Below, piece by piece: positions 24,026 to 36,364 of a DNA stretch of 64,000 bases. Origin of the DNA: Scenedesmus sp. PABB004 (taxonomy: Eukaryota); assembly GCA_014905635.1 (NCBI GenBank), contig CM026547.1, positions 1,860,001 to 1,924,000 of the forward strand, given 5' to 3'. The notes below the pieces were generated by a model. That model was not told the origin of the DNA, did not search any database, and saw nothing but the letters and a program-made list of their open reading frames with translations. Position 1 is the stretch's first letter. The number at the start of each line of letters is the position of its first letter. A program made the position numbers and the translations under genes.

Positions 24026-27000
24026 TCAGCTGGCGGCAGCCGCGGGCACGGGCACGGGCGCGGGCGTGGCCTCGGCCGCGCCCGCCGCCGCGGCCTCGCC
24101 GGCGGCCGGGTGCATGTCGGCCGCGCTGACCGGCGCAGCCGGCGCCGAGGTCACCTCCACCGCCGCCGCTGCCGCCCCCCCGCCGCCGCCGCCGCCGCGG
24201 GGGGCGCGGGCTGCGCGGGGGCCAGCCCCACGACCGCGGCAGGCGCGGCCAGCACATCGGCCGCCGCGTGCGGGGCGTTGACAGCGGGCGCAGCGGGCGC
24301 CGCCGCGGCCGGGGTGGGCGCCGCCGCGGCCTGCTGGGGCGCCGGCGCGGGCTGCTGGGCTCCCGCCGCCGCGGGCTGCTGGGCTCCCGCCGCCGGCGGC
24401 TGCTGGGGCGCCGCGGCGGGCGCTGCCGGCGGCGCGTCGGCGCCGATGAGGGGGCGCACCTGCTCCAGCACGAGCCCCAGGTCGCCGACGGTGGGGTCGT
24501 AGATGCCCGTGAGCTGCACCAGCGCGGCGGGCCAGAGCGGGACGAGGCCGCGGCGCGCGCGGAGGCAGTAGAGGATGGCCATCGCCACGAGGCTGGGCTG
24601 CACGCGGAACATGGCCGGGCTGACCGCGACGGCGTAGAGCATGGCGTGGAGGTCCTCCGCGACCTGCGCCGCCGCGCGCGGCTCCTGGTGCTGCCCGCCG
24701 AGGCGCTCGAGCAGGACCTGGCACACGCGCAGCGCCGACACCGCCGACGCGTCGCTCGCGAGCACGAGGTGGATGTTCTGCTCACTGCTGAGGATCGACT
24801 CCGCGCTGCACCCCGTGTTGAGCGAGACGACGTCGTAGCCAGGGATGGCGCCCGGCAGCTCCGCGGCGGGCTGCCGCGCGGCGATCATGAGGCAGCCCAC
24901 GAGCATGAGCCGCCACATCGCGCCGCCGCTCGCGCCGAGCGGCGGGCTCGCGCCCGCCATGAGCAGGCGCTGCAGCAGCTCCCACGCGTCGTAGCACGTC
25001 TCCGGCTGGAAGCGGAACACGCTGCCGTAGTGCAGCGCGAGGTCGAGCAGCTGCGCGCGCGTGCTCGGGCCCAGCGGGTCGTGCTGCGGGCGCGGGCGCG
25101 GCGGGCGGGCGGGCGGGCGGCGCACGGCGTCGGGCGCGGGCGCGCGGGCGCAGGCGCGCGGGCGCGGGCACGGGCGCCGCCGCGAGCGCGGCGCGGCGCG
25201 GCGCTCACCATGTTGGGCTGGACCTGCTTGTGGTACCCGCGCAGCTGCTCGTACGTGCGCACGTAGCTGAGCGCGTCGGTGCAGCTCTTGTCCAGGGCCA
25301 CGTCCTCCGCGACGAGCTGCTCCACCGACAGCCGCTTCACGCTGCGCGGCAGGCGGCGGCGAGCGGCGGCAAAGGGGCGTGAGGCTGGCGCGCTCGCGCC
25401 AGGGGGCGGCGGCGGCGGCCGCCCTGCCCAGCACCGCGCGCGCGCGCGCGCGCGCGCGCGCCGCCGCCGCGCCGCGCACCTGTTGGCGTGCACCAGGAAC
25501 GACAGCGCCGCGAACGACGGCGAGCGCAGCCACGTGACGAGCTCGCTGCTGGCCGCCTCGAGCTGCGTCGTCGCGTCGACGAGGCGCACGGTGAAGGGGC
25601 TGCCGTGCCCCGCCAGCAGCGTGCTCACGGCGTCGCAGATGGTCGCGCTGGGCTGCTCGATGCGGCTGGCCTTGCCCTTCTGCAGCGCAAACACGACGCG
25701 CTCGCGCAGCAGGCTCGTCGCGTCGTGCCCGATCTTGTGCCGCACGTCGCACAGCCAGCGCAGCAGCGTCACGATCGCCGCGCCGCACGTGAAGACCACG
25801 CAGCTGTGCTGGTGCACCGCGGGGTCGCCCTTGTTCTGGTTGTAGATCCTGCGCGCGCGCGGCGCGGGCGCGCCGGCATGTGGGCCGCCGGTCCGCGCCG
25901 CGCAGCCGCGCGCGGCAGGGCCGCGCCGCGCCCGCGCGCGCGGCCGCCGCAGCCGCCGCCGCCGCCGCCGCGGTGCGCCGCGCGCCTGAAGTGCCCGCTG
26001 CGGTTGGCGAGCGACCAGATCTGCGTCGCGCGCATTTGCACGGGCAGCACGCCGCTGCTCCAGCAGACCTCGAGCAGCGCGTTGTACACGACGCTGTCGG
26101 GGTGGCACCCGCTGGCGGGCATGTGCCCAAACGCCTGCAGCGCCTCGCGCCACTGGTGGCCGCGCTGGTACGCGGTGATGAGGGCGCTGAAGGTGATGCC
26201 GTCGGGGCGGCAGCCCTGCGACAGCATCTGGTTGAAGCACTCCTTGGCCTTCTCCCAGTGACCGCCTGCGCGCGGCGGCGCGGCGGCGGCGCGCGGCGGC
26301 GCGCGTGGGCGGCGCGCCGGCGCGCCCTGCGGGCCGCCCCGCGCCTGCTGGTGCCGCCTGGCGGCGCGCGCGCGCCGGCCGACGCGCGCGCCCGGCCGCG
26401 CGCACCGTGGCTGCACGCGGCGATGAGGCTGTTGTAGGTGACCACGTTTGGCATGCAGCCCTCCTTGTGCATGCGCTCAAACAGCTGCAGCGCGAGCTCG
26501 CACCGCCCGCCCTTCTCGCACGCGCTGATGAGGGACGAGTAGGTGATCACGTTGCGCTCGCAGCCCTTCTGCACCATGTCTGCGCGGCGCGGCGTGCGAG
26601 GTCGGCGGCGCGGCGCGGCGCGGCCGGCGGCGGCCGCCGTCCCACGCCGGCGCCGGCGCCGGCGGCGTTGCCGCGGAGGGCGCGCGCGCGCACCCGCAAA
26701 GATGTCCATCGCCTTCTCCACCAGGCCCTGCTTGCCGTACGCGCTGATGAGGGCGGTGTAGGTCGTCGCGCTCGCCTTGACGCCCGCGGCGACCATGCGC
26801 TCGTAGATCTTGAGCCCCTGCTCCGGCTTGCCGCTCTTGTTGCACGCCGTGATGATCGTGTTGTACGTGCGCACCTCGGGCTGGATGCCCTGCGACGCGA
26901 CGCGGCGCGCGCAGCGCGGCGGCGGCGGCGGCGGCGGCGCGCGCGGGCGCGTCGGGCGCCGCGCGCGCGCGCGCGGGCGCCGCGCCGCCCGGCCCCCCGG

Positions 27001-27973
27001 GGCGGCCGGCCGTCGCGCGCCGCACCTCCTCCTCGAGCTTGTCGAGCAGCTTGATCGCCTCCTGCCACTGCCCGGTCTTGACGTAGAGGTCGATGAGAGT
27101 GTTGTAGGTCACGAGGTTTGGCGTGCAGCCCTCCTGGATCATCTGCGCGTACACCTGCTGCACGAGCCCGACCTCGTTGCACTTGATGCACACGTTCATG
27201 AGCGCGCTGTAGGTGTGCACGTTGCAGGTGATGCCGCGCGCGCGCATCTCGGCCATCAGGTCGAGCGCGCGCTGGAGCTGCTGGCTCGCGCTGCAGACGG
27301 CGATCGCGGTGGTGTAGGTGTAGATGTCGAGCAGGTGCGTGTACTCGGGGCTGCTCTGGCGGCGCAGGAAGTCGAAGAGCTCCACGCTGCGCTTGAAGAG
27401 CCCCGCGCGGCCGAGCTCCTTCATGAGCGCGGCGAGCGCGGAGGAGTCGAGGTGCTGCAGCGCCGGCCCGACGACCGCCGCCGCGTCGTGGTGCGGCGGC
27501 AGGCCCGCGATCATCTCCAGCAGGCTCTCCACGCTGTGCGCCGCCGGCCCGGGCATGTGCTGGGGCGGGCCGAGGTAGGAGTAGTCGCTGCGCCCGGTGA
27601 GGCCGGCGCTCGCGTCGCCCGGGCCCATGCTGCCGAGGCCGCCGCTCGCGTACATGCGCCGGAACGAGGCCGCCGAGCCGGAGGGCATGGAGCCCCGGGA
27701 CCCGTCGATGGCGTAGAGGATGGACGACGAGGAGCCGTATTCGGGGCCGGGCACGCCCCCGTGGTGGTCCCCGGCCACCAGGCCGCCCACCAGCGGGTGC
27801 TGCCCGCCGCCCTGGGCGCCCGGGAGGCCGAACAGCAGCCCCTCCTGCGCCGGCGGGAAGCCGAGCATGTGGTGCTCGAAGCCGTGGGAGCTCCCGGGCT
27901 GCCCCGGCGCCTTGGAGCGCCCGCCGCCCATGTGCTGCTCCGGAGCGCCCCAGCCGCTCATCCCGGGAAGCAT
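24026..27973 (-). CDS. PPR protein with SmR-like and C-terminal cyclin-like domains (PPR-cyclin)
   Basis: Tandem P-type PPR motifs (DIYTYTTAIAVC, NVHTYSALMNVCIK, PNLVTYNTLIDLY, RTYNTIITACNK, NVITYSSLISACEK, PDGITFSALITAY). SmR-like FTCGAAIVTLLRWL segment. Cyclin-box-like RAQLLDLALHYGSVFRFQPETCYDAWELLQRLL. The 3' end assumes a frameshift near 24170 (alternative stop at 24151). Confidence 0.8.
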
Positions 27974-28358
27974 CGCGACGCGCGCGCGGCGCCGCGCGCC
28001 GCGGCAGCTGGAGTGGGCAGCTGCTCCTCCGCGCCCTCGCAGGCGGAGCTGCTCGGCTGGCCGACGGGGCTGGCCGACGGGGCTGCGAGGGGCTGGCGGT
28101 GCGCGCGCGGGCGGGCGCAGAAGGCACGCGCGGCGGCGGCGGCGGGTGGGTTCGCCCGCGGTTTCGTAGCAAGAGTGACTCGCGCACGCGGGCGCCGAAG
28201 TGCTGCCGGCGGCCCGCAGCGCAGTCGCAGGTTTGACGCTGTCCCGGCCCCAGACCCTGCTGCCCCTCCGCAGCCGCCGCCGCGGCCGCGCGGCCGCCGC
28301 CGCCGTCCCGCCCCCGCGCCGCCGCCGCCCGCGCCGCACGCCGTGCCGCGCCGCCGCG

Positions 28359-28975
28359 TCAGCTCATCTTCTCCTGGATCTGGCGGTGCACGTGGCAGAG
28401 GAACTCGACGTAGCTCATGCCCGCGGTGCTCTTGTCCTCGACCAGCAGGTTAACAAAGAGCGGGTAGTGGGGGTCGCCCTTCTTGGCCACGCGCAGCCGC
28501 ATGAACGCGCAGCGCTGCAGCCGCACCGCGTTGACCAGCTCAAACAGCAGCCGGCTGCGCGGCGCGTCGCGCGCCGCCAGCGGCAGCGGCTGCGGCGTGC
28601 GCAGCAGCGCGTCGACGCCGGGCAGGCCAAACAGGTCCTGCGGCGGCGCGGCGCGGCGCGGCGCGGCGCGCGGCCGTCGGTTGCGGCGGCGGCGGCGCCG
28701 CGGCCGCGCCCGTGGCCGCTCTGCCTGGCCCTTGCCGCGCGCCGCGCGCGCACCTGCACCACGCCGTCGTCCGCCTCCTGGTCCACGTACAGCAGCAGGT
28801 CGGCGCCGTTGTCGAGCAGGTACAGCCCGCCGCTGTCCAGCACCTCGCTGCTCAGCACGAGCGGCTCCGGCAGCGCGCCGCCGGGCGGCATCGCGCCAGA
28901 CTTCTGCGCGGCGCGTGCGCGCGAGCGCGCGGGGCGGCCGCGGGCGCGTGAGCGAGCTCGGGGAGAGGGGAGGGC

Positions 28976-29012
<37 letters not shown>

Positions 29013-32000
29013 GCGCCCGCCGGCGCACCAGCAGCTGGTGCACAGCGAAGAGGCGTGGGTGCAGCAGGCCCATCAGGCGACCGCAGCTCGCCGACGCGGC
29101 GGCCGAGAGCCACAGCGCGCGCTCGTCGGGCCGCACGTCGGGGCGCAGGATGGGGCACTTGTGCAGCGCCAGGCAGTAGAGCGGCAGCAGCTTCAGCGCC
29201 TCGGGCAGGATGAGCTGCACCTGCGCACCGGGCGGGCACGCCGCGGCGGCGCGGCGGCGCTCGGGCGCGGCGCTCGGGCGCGGCGCCCCGGTGCGCGCGC
29301 GGCGCGGGCGCGCGGGCGCGGGTGCGGGTGGCGCGCGCGCGCGCGCGGCCGCCGCCCCACCGTGCTGCTGCTGGTCGCGCAGTACTTGCGGTACGCGCTG
29401 AGCGTGGAGGTGATGCGCGCGAGGATGGCGTCCTTGGCGCCCGCGCCCGTGCCGCCGGGCAGGCCCGCCGCGACGGCGCGCGTGAGGCCCGCGAGCTGCG
29501 CGTCCAGGTCGGCGCCCTTGAACACGGCGCCCATCTGGTCCGACACGGGCAGCCCGAGCGTGCTGATGCGCACGCGGCGCGCGCCGTCGGTGGTGGTGTA
29601 GAGCAGCGCGCACTGCAGGTACACCTGCTCAGGCGGGGGGCGCGGCGGGCGGCGGCGCGGCGCGGCGGCAGGGACGGGTCGGGCGCCGGCGCGCACGCGA
29701 GTGCGGCCGCGGCCGCGCCGCGCGTGCTGCCGAGAGCGCCGCCCGCCGCCCGCCGCGCATGCGCGGTGCGCGTCGGCGCGCCTCGCTATTGGGCGCGAGC
29801 TTCTCCACGACCGCGAGGCGCGCGTGCAGGGCCTTGTCGCAGTCGACCGCGGGGAGGTAGATGTCGGTGGGGCTGTTGGGCGGCTTGTAGAACGACCCGC
29901 TGTAGCCCTCCACGTCCAGCCCCGCGCTGCAGCGCACGCGCAGGATGGCCTCCAGGCCCTGCGCGCGGCGGCGTCGGGCCGCGCGCGGGCTCGCACACGC
30001 GCTGGCTCGCGCGCCGCCGCGCGGGTGCCCGCGCTGCGCTCCTGCCCGCGCGCTGCGCGCTGCGCGCTGCGCGCTGCGCGCTGCGCGCCTGCGGCCGCAC
30101 GACGTTCCACTTGAGGTCGTTGAGCAGCTGGTCCTGGTCCATGAGGGGCGTGAAGGGCAGGTAGTGGTACAGGCTGCCGCCTGTGCACTGGCACAGGCTG
30201 CTCAGCGTCGCGACGTCCATGTAGCTCTGCGCCAGCAGGAACAGGTCGATGCACACCTGCGGCGCGGAGCGGGAGCGGGCGCGGCACGCGTGTGTGCGGG
30301 CCGGGCGGGCCGCGCGGGCGCGTGCGCTCAGGGCCGGCGGCCAGCGGCCGGCACGGGGCGCACGTTGAAGTCTGCCGCCTGCGCCGCGAGGGTGAGGTAC
30401 GTGGCGTCGCCGGGCAGGAGGTTCATCTGCTTCTCGCGGTCGCTCGGCGCGCCGGGGCCGTCGCGCAGCTTGAGCGCCTTGGTGCCCGAGTTGGGCAGCG
30501 CGCTCAGGAAGGCGTGGACCTTGCCGCCCGTGGGCTTCAGCAGCTCCACGCACGCCTGCGGCGGGCCGGCGCGCGCGTCGGCGGGCGCGGCGGCGGCGCG
30601 GCGGCGCGGGCCGGCGCGGCCGCGGGCGCCCGCCGCCGCCGCACCTCGATCGCCGCCGCGCCGCAGCTCTCCGGCCCCGCGCTGCCCGCAAACATGGCGG
30701 GGATGCTCGCGAGCAGCTCGGCGAGCTGCTCGCGGCACTCGGAGAGGCGCGCGAGCAGCTGGCTGGGCATGGGCGCGTAGACCTCGGCCGTGTCGGGCAT
30801 GACCAGCATCTGCGGCATCGCCTGGCCCTTGGACACGTTGTAAAAGTGGACGCTCGAGTCAAACGTCACCACGCCGACCATCGTGCCGTCACCGCCTGCG
30901 CGCCGCGGCGGCGACGCGGCGGTGAGCGACCCGGTCGGCGGCCCCGCGCGGCCGCCAGCCCGACCCGCCGCGCGCGCAGCCCCGCGCCGCCCTGGCCCGC
31001 GCGGCGCGGCAGCGGCGGCGGAGCCTCACCCTGCAGCGAGTCGAGCACCTGCTCGATGCACTGGCACGTCGCGGCGGTCGCGCCGCTCGCGACCGCGGCG
31101 TGGCCGACGTCGATGAGGAACACGTGCGTCACGGGCATGGGCGGGCGCACGCAGTACTCGCGCGTCGCCGCGACCTCGTACGTGCCGCGGCACAGCTCCG
31201 CGCGCTCGTACGTGTCGCGCCGCCTGCGGGGGGCAAGGGGCGCGCGCGCGCGCGCGTGAGGCGCCACGCCGCGCCGCGCCGCGCCGCGCCGTCTGTGCCG
31301 CCGCCGCCGCCGCCGCCTGGCGCCTGGCGCTCCCGCGCCCGCCGGCGCCCCCTGCCGGCGGCTGCGCCCCGCGCGCCGGCTACCCCCCACCTGTTGTCGG
31401 GGCCGAGGTAGTTGAAGTAGAGCTCTGGGCAGGGGTTTGCGTGGCCGCAGAAGTTGCAGACGTACGTCTTGCCGCCGTCGGCCCAGCGCATGAAGGCGTT
31501 CATGTATGCCTTGCACCGCCCGCACCGCACCGGGCCCAGCTCGCCCAGGTCGACGACCTGCGCCGGCCGCGCAGGCGCCGCGCGGCCGGCGCGGGGCGGA
31601 CACCGTCGGCGGCGCGCGGGCGGGGGCGGCGGCCGAGCGGAGGCGGCGGCGGGGCGAGGCCCCATGCACGCGCGCGGTGTCGCCGCACCGCGACGGGGTC
31701 GTCCTCCGGGTCGGGCAGCGCGAGCGGCTGCACCGCGAGGCCAAAGGCCATGCCGCTGTTGTTCAGCATGTCGGGCGTCGCCGGCACCGTGTTGAGCGTG
31801 CAGCGCAGCAGCCGCGGGCTCGCGTTGCCCGCGTCGCGCACCACAAAGCGGCTCGTCGAGGGCGGCGGGTTGGCGTGGCACCCACCCTGCCGCGTCTCAA
31901 ACACCTGCGCCAAGGCGGAGGGCGCGTCAGCGGCGCGGGGCGCGACAACCGCGGCGCCGCCGTCGCCGCCACCACGCGCGTGCGCGGTGCGGCTGCGCTC

Positions 32001-34152
32001 ACCATGACCTCCTGGCTGTTGTTCACGACGGGCCGGGGGATCTGGTTGGGGTCGATCCGTGCCGCCATGGACTGCCGCCCCGGCGCGGCCCCGGGCATGC
32101 CGCCGGGCATGCCCCGGGCGCGCCGGGCATGCCGCCCGGCGGCGGCGGGCCGTACCCGGGGGGCCCGCCATGCCCGGCGGGCCGTGCATGGGCGGCCGCA
32201 TGCCGGGCGGCATGCCGCCCGGCGGCGGCGGGCCCGGCATGCCCGGTGGGCCCGGCATGCCCGGTGGGCCCGGCATGCCTGGCGCGCCGGGGCCCGGCAT
32301 TGCGCCCCCCGGCGGCGGCGGCGGCCCGCCAAAGCCCGGCGGCCCCGGCGGGCCGCCAAAGCCCGGCCCAGGCACGCCGCCGCTGGGAGGGCCGCCTGCG
32401 GGCGGGGCGGGGCGTGCGCGTGCGGCAGCAGCAGCGTGAGCTCATGGCACGGCGCGGCGGCGGCAGGCGCCGCGGCCGCTGCCTGCGGCCTGCGGCGCGC
32501 GCTGCGGCGCGGCGCCGAGCGCGGCGCACCTGGCATGCCCGGCGCCGCCGGCCGCGCCATGCCGGGGGGCCCCGGCGGCATGAAGCCAGGCATCGGCGGC
32601 CGCACGCCGCCCGGCATGCCCGGCGGCCCGCCCAGCGCCGGCGGCGGCGCGCCCGGCATGGCGCCCGGGGGGCCCGGGGGGCCGCCGGGCGCCATCGGGC
32701 GAGGCGCGCCCAGCGGCGCCATGCCCGGGGCTGCTGCTGGCGCCTGGTACTGCGGCGGCTGCTGCGGCTGCTGCGACTGCTGCTGCGGCTGCTGCGGGAA
32801 GCCGCCCGAGGCCGGGCCGGCCACGCCCGGCGGCCCGTTGGCCAGCGGCGCGCCCGGCGGCCGCGGCGCGCCGGGCATGCCTGCTGCGGGCGCGCGGCAG
32901 GCGGCCGAGAGGGCGCACGGCGCGTCAGGCAGCGCGCAGCCGGCCGGGCCGCGGCGCTGCGCCCGCTGCTGCCCGCCAAGGCACGCCGCGCGCCCGCACC
33001 TGCTGGCGGCCGCATGCCCGGCGCGCCCGCGGAGTAGGGCCCAGCCCCAGGCATGCCGCCGGGCGGCGGCGGCGGGCCGCCGAGGGCGCCGCCGGACGCG
33101 GGCCCCCGCGGGAAGCCGCCCGGCCCCGGCGGGCCCGCTGCCGGGAAGCCGCCTGCGGCAGCAAGGCAGGGGGTCGGTGCAGTGCCGGCTCGCGCGCAGG
33201 GGCGCCTGATGCTGCCTGCCCTGCCGCCCCGAGCTCCCAGCGCCAGCCGCAGCGCCGCACCTGGCACTGGCCCGCCCGACGGCGGGCCCATCGGCCGCGG
33301 CGCGCCCGGCGGCGCTCCCGGCGGCGCGCCCAGCGGAGCGCCGAACGAGCCCGGCGGCCGGGGCGGCGCCATGCCCGCCGGCGGCGGCGGCGGCCCGCCC
33401 AGGCCGGCCTGCGCGCGGCGGCCGCGGCGGCGGCGTCAGCCGCGGCGTCAGGCACGGCGGGCGCGGCCCATACGCGCATTGCGCCCTGGCGGCGCTCTGC
33501 TGCTCGCGCCGCGCCTCACCGGCGGGCCGGGCGGGCCCCCGAGCGACATCTGCTGCATGCCCGCCGCGGCCTGCGGCGCGCCGTAGCCGGCGGGGCCGAA
33601 GCCCGGGCCCGGCGGCCCGGGCGGCCGCATCATGCCGCCGCTGGGCGGCCCGTTGGCCATGGGCGGCGCGCCCGGCGGCTGCATGCCGAACTGGCCCGGC
33701 GGAGGCCCTGCGCGCGCGGGAGCAGCGGCGGCGGCGGGCGTCGGGCGCGCGCGGCACCCGGGGGCCCAGGCGAGGTCTGCCGCCGGCGGTGTGCTGCCAC
33801 TACGTGCGGGTGCGGCGGCGTGGTGCAGCGGCGGCTGGCTTCGGCGTCTGGGCGCCAGGGCGGCCCAGATGGCCCGCTGCAACCGCCAGCATTTCCGGCG
33901 CCTGGGCGCCGCTCGCTGCCTGGCGCCACGCTCACGGGCCAGGACTGCCGTCGCTGACGCCGCCCGGCGCACGCCCGCGCGCCGGCAGGCGCTGTGCTGC
34001 CCGCACGCCGCCCGGCCGGTGGCTGCTGCGCCGCGCTGTCCCCCCCACGCGCGTCAGCCGTGCGTGCCCCCCGTCTCCTAGGCGCGGGGCGCCGTCGTCC
34101 ATGCCCCCGCCGCCCCCACGCGCAGCGTCGACGGCTCACCGGGCTGCTGCAT
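28359..34152 (-). CDS. SEC24: COPII coat protein Sec24 (Sec24C/CEF-like) with long Pro/Gly-rich N-terminus
   Basis: RIDPNQIPRP; DAGNASPRLLRCT; zinc finger RCGRCKAYMN...CNFC; vWA VTFDSSVHFYN; QLILPEALKLLPLY; C-terminal YVEFLCHVHRQIQEKMS. Start inferred from a 13-nt first exon ATGCAGCAGCCCG|gtgag that splices in phase to GPPPGQF. Confidence 0.9.
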
Positions 34153-34612
34153 CCTCCCCCGCGCCCTGGCTCCTTGTGGTCGACCGCTGGCCCCGCTACG
34201 CCAGCATGACGCGCCAGACCAGGCTCAGCTCTGATCGCAGGAGCAGGGCAGGGCACTCTCCTGGCGGTGGTTGGGCGCGCCGCTGATCAAGCTGCCCTGC
34301 TGCGTGCAAAACGGCCGCGGGCGGTCGCAGGGCTCGCGTGGACATGGCCCAGCGCCGGCCTCGGGCGACGGTGAACCCCGGCACGCGGCGCGCCGTGACG
34401 ACGGCGCCGCCGTCGCGGCGGCGGCGGTCCGTGGAAAACCGCGCTCGTCTGCTGCTGCTGCACGCTATGGCGGCAGCCCGCACGCCCTGCTTCCCAATTG
34501 TGCGTGCAGCGTCACGGGCGTCGAGAGCCGCCAGGAGAGACCTCCGCGCGCCGCCGCACCGCGCCGCCGCACCGCGCCACCGCACGCCCGCTGCTCGCGC
34601 CAGCCGTCCCCG

Positions 34613-35314
34613 ATGGCGCTACAGTCGGCGCTCTACGCGCCCTACGACATCAGCGGCCAAACCGCGCTCGTCACAGGCGCGCAGCGGCGCGCACGCGGCG
34701 GCGGCGGCGCACGTGGCAGCGGCGCACGCAGCGGCGGAGCACGCAGCGGCGGAGCACGCAGCGACAGCGGCGGCAGCGGCACAGAGCTCGCAGCGCCACG
34801 CGCTGCTGCCGCCGCCGCCGCCGCGCAGGCGCGAGCAGCGGCTTTGGCGAGGCGCTCGCGTGGCGGCTGGCGGAGGCAGGCGCCAAGGTCATCATCGCCG
34901 CGCGCCGCCGCGACCGGCTCGACGCGCTCGCCGCCGCGCTGCGCGGCGCCTACCCCGGCGCAGCGGTGCACGTGGTACAGCTCGACATGCGTGACCTGCC
35001 CGCCGTCGCCGCGCTGCCGGGCGAGCTGCCAGTCGAGTTCCAGCAGGCACGGCGCTGCGCACGCTCGCCCACGCGCTGGCCCACGCGCTGGCCCACGCGC
35101 TGGCCCCGCCGCCGCGCCGTCGCGGCGCCAGGTGGACATCCTGGTGAACAACGCAGGCCTCGCGCTTGGCGTCTCAGACGTGCACAGCCACGACATCGAG
35201 GCGCGCTGCGCGGGCGGCGGCGCCGCGCCGCGGCGCGGCGGGGGCGCCGGGCAGCGAGCGGCGGCCGGGCGCGAGCGCGAGCGCCGCGCGCGCTGCTTGG
35301 TTGAGTGGCCCATG

Positions 35315-35348
<34 letters not shown>

Positions 35349-36046
35349 TGCCGCCGCCGCCGCCGCCGCGCCGGCGCCGTGCAGGACGCGGTGACGATGA
35401 TGGAGACCAACTACCTCAGCGTCGTGTGCCTCACGCGGGCGCTCGTTGGCGGCATGGTGTCGCGGGGGCGGGGGCACGTGGTCAACATCTCCTCCATTGC
35501 CGGCCGCGAGGCCTACGCCGGCGGCGCGCTCTACTGCGCGTCCAAGCACGCGCTGGTGCGGCACGCGGCGCGGCCGACCCGCCGCACGCGCGCCGGCCCC
35601 GCGCGCACGGGGCCGCGCTCACCTGCCACTGCGCGCGTGCAGGACGCGTTCACGACGGCGACGCGGCACGACCTCGTGGGCACGCCGGTCCGCGTGACGA
35701 GCGTCGCGCCGGGCGCGGCCAAGACCGAGTTCAGCGTCGTGCGGTTCAAGGGCGACGTCGCCGCCGCGGACGCGGTCTACGCCGGCTTTGACCCCCTGAC
35801 CGCGCCCGACATCGCCGACAACGTGATGTACGCGCTCACGCGGTGCGTGGCCGCGCGGCGGCGGGCGGGCGGGCGGGCGCGCTCGGGGCTGACGCCGCGG
35901 CGGGGGCGCGGGGCGGCGACAGACCCTGACGCCGCCGCGGGGGCGCGGGCCTGGCCAGGCCGCCGCACGTGCAGGTCGCGGACATGCTGGTCTACGCCAA
36001 CAACCAATCCAGCGCAAAGGGGATCGCGCGCGTCAAGGCGGGCTAG
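34613..36046 (+). CDS. Short-chain dehydrogenase/reductase, NADP-dependent 3-hydroxy-acid dehydrogenase (YdfG-like)
   Basis: TGASSGFG Rossmann motif, [28 protein letters not shown] and catalytic YCASK; 5 introns. Confidence 0.9.
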
Positions 36047-36364
36047 CGCGTCAACGCGGGGTGCGCGGCGCGGAGGGCGGCGCGCAGCAGCGGAGCGGGC
36101 ACTCGGCGCCGGTGACACGCGCATCTTGCGGAAAATGCGCGACCGGCGCACCCTCATGGCTGATCGTGCCTGCCAGAGCTGACTGGACCCTGAGGCGGTC
36201 CCGGCATCAGCCTGGGCTCCAGCCTCGCTACGGCCCGCGCGCCCGCCCACATCGCTCCCGTTGCGGCCGCCAATCTCAAGGTAATCTCTCGATCGCCACA
36301 CGAGCACGCCGCGCCCCTGCGCGCCGAACGCCCACCGGTGCACTCGCGACTCTCGCGCTCCGCA

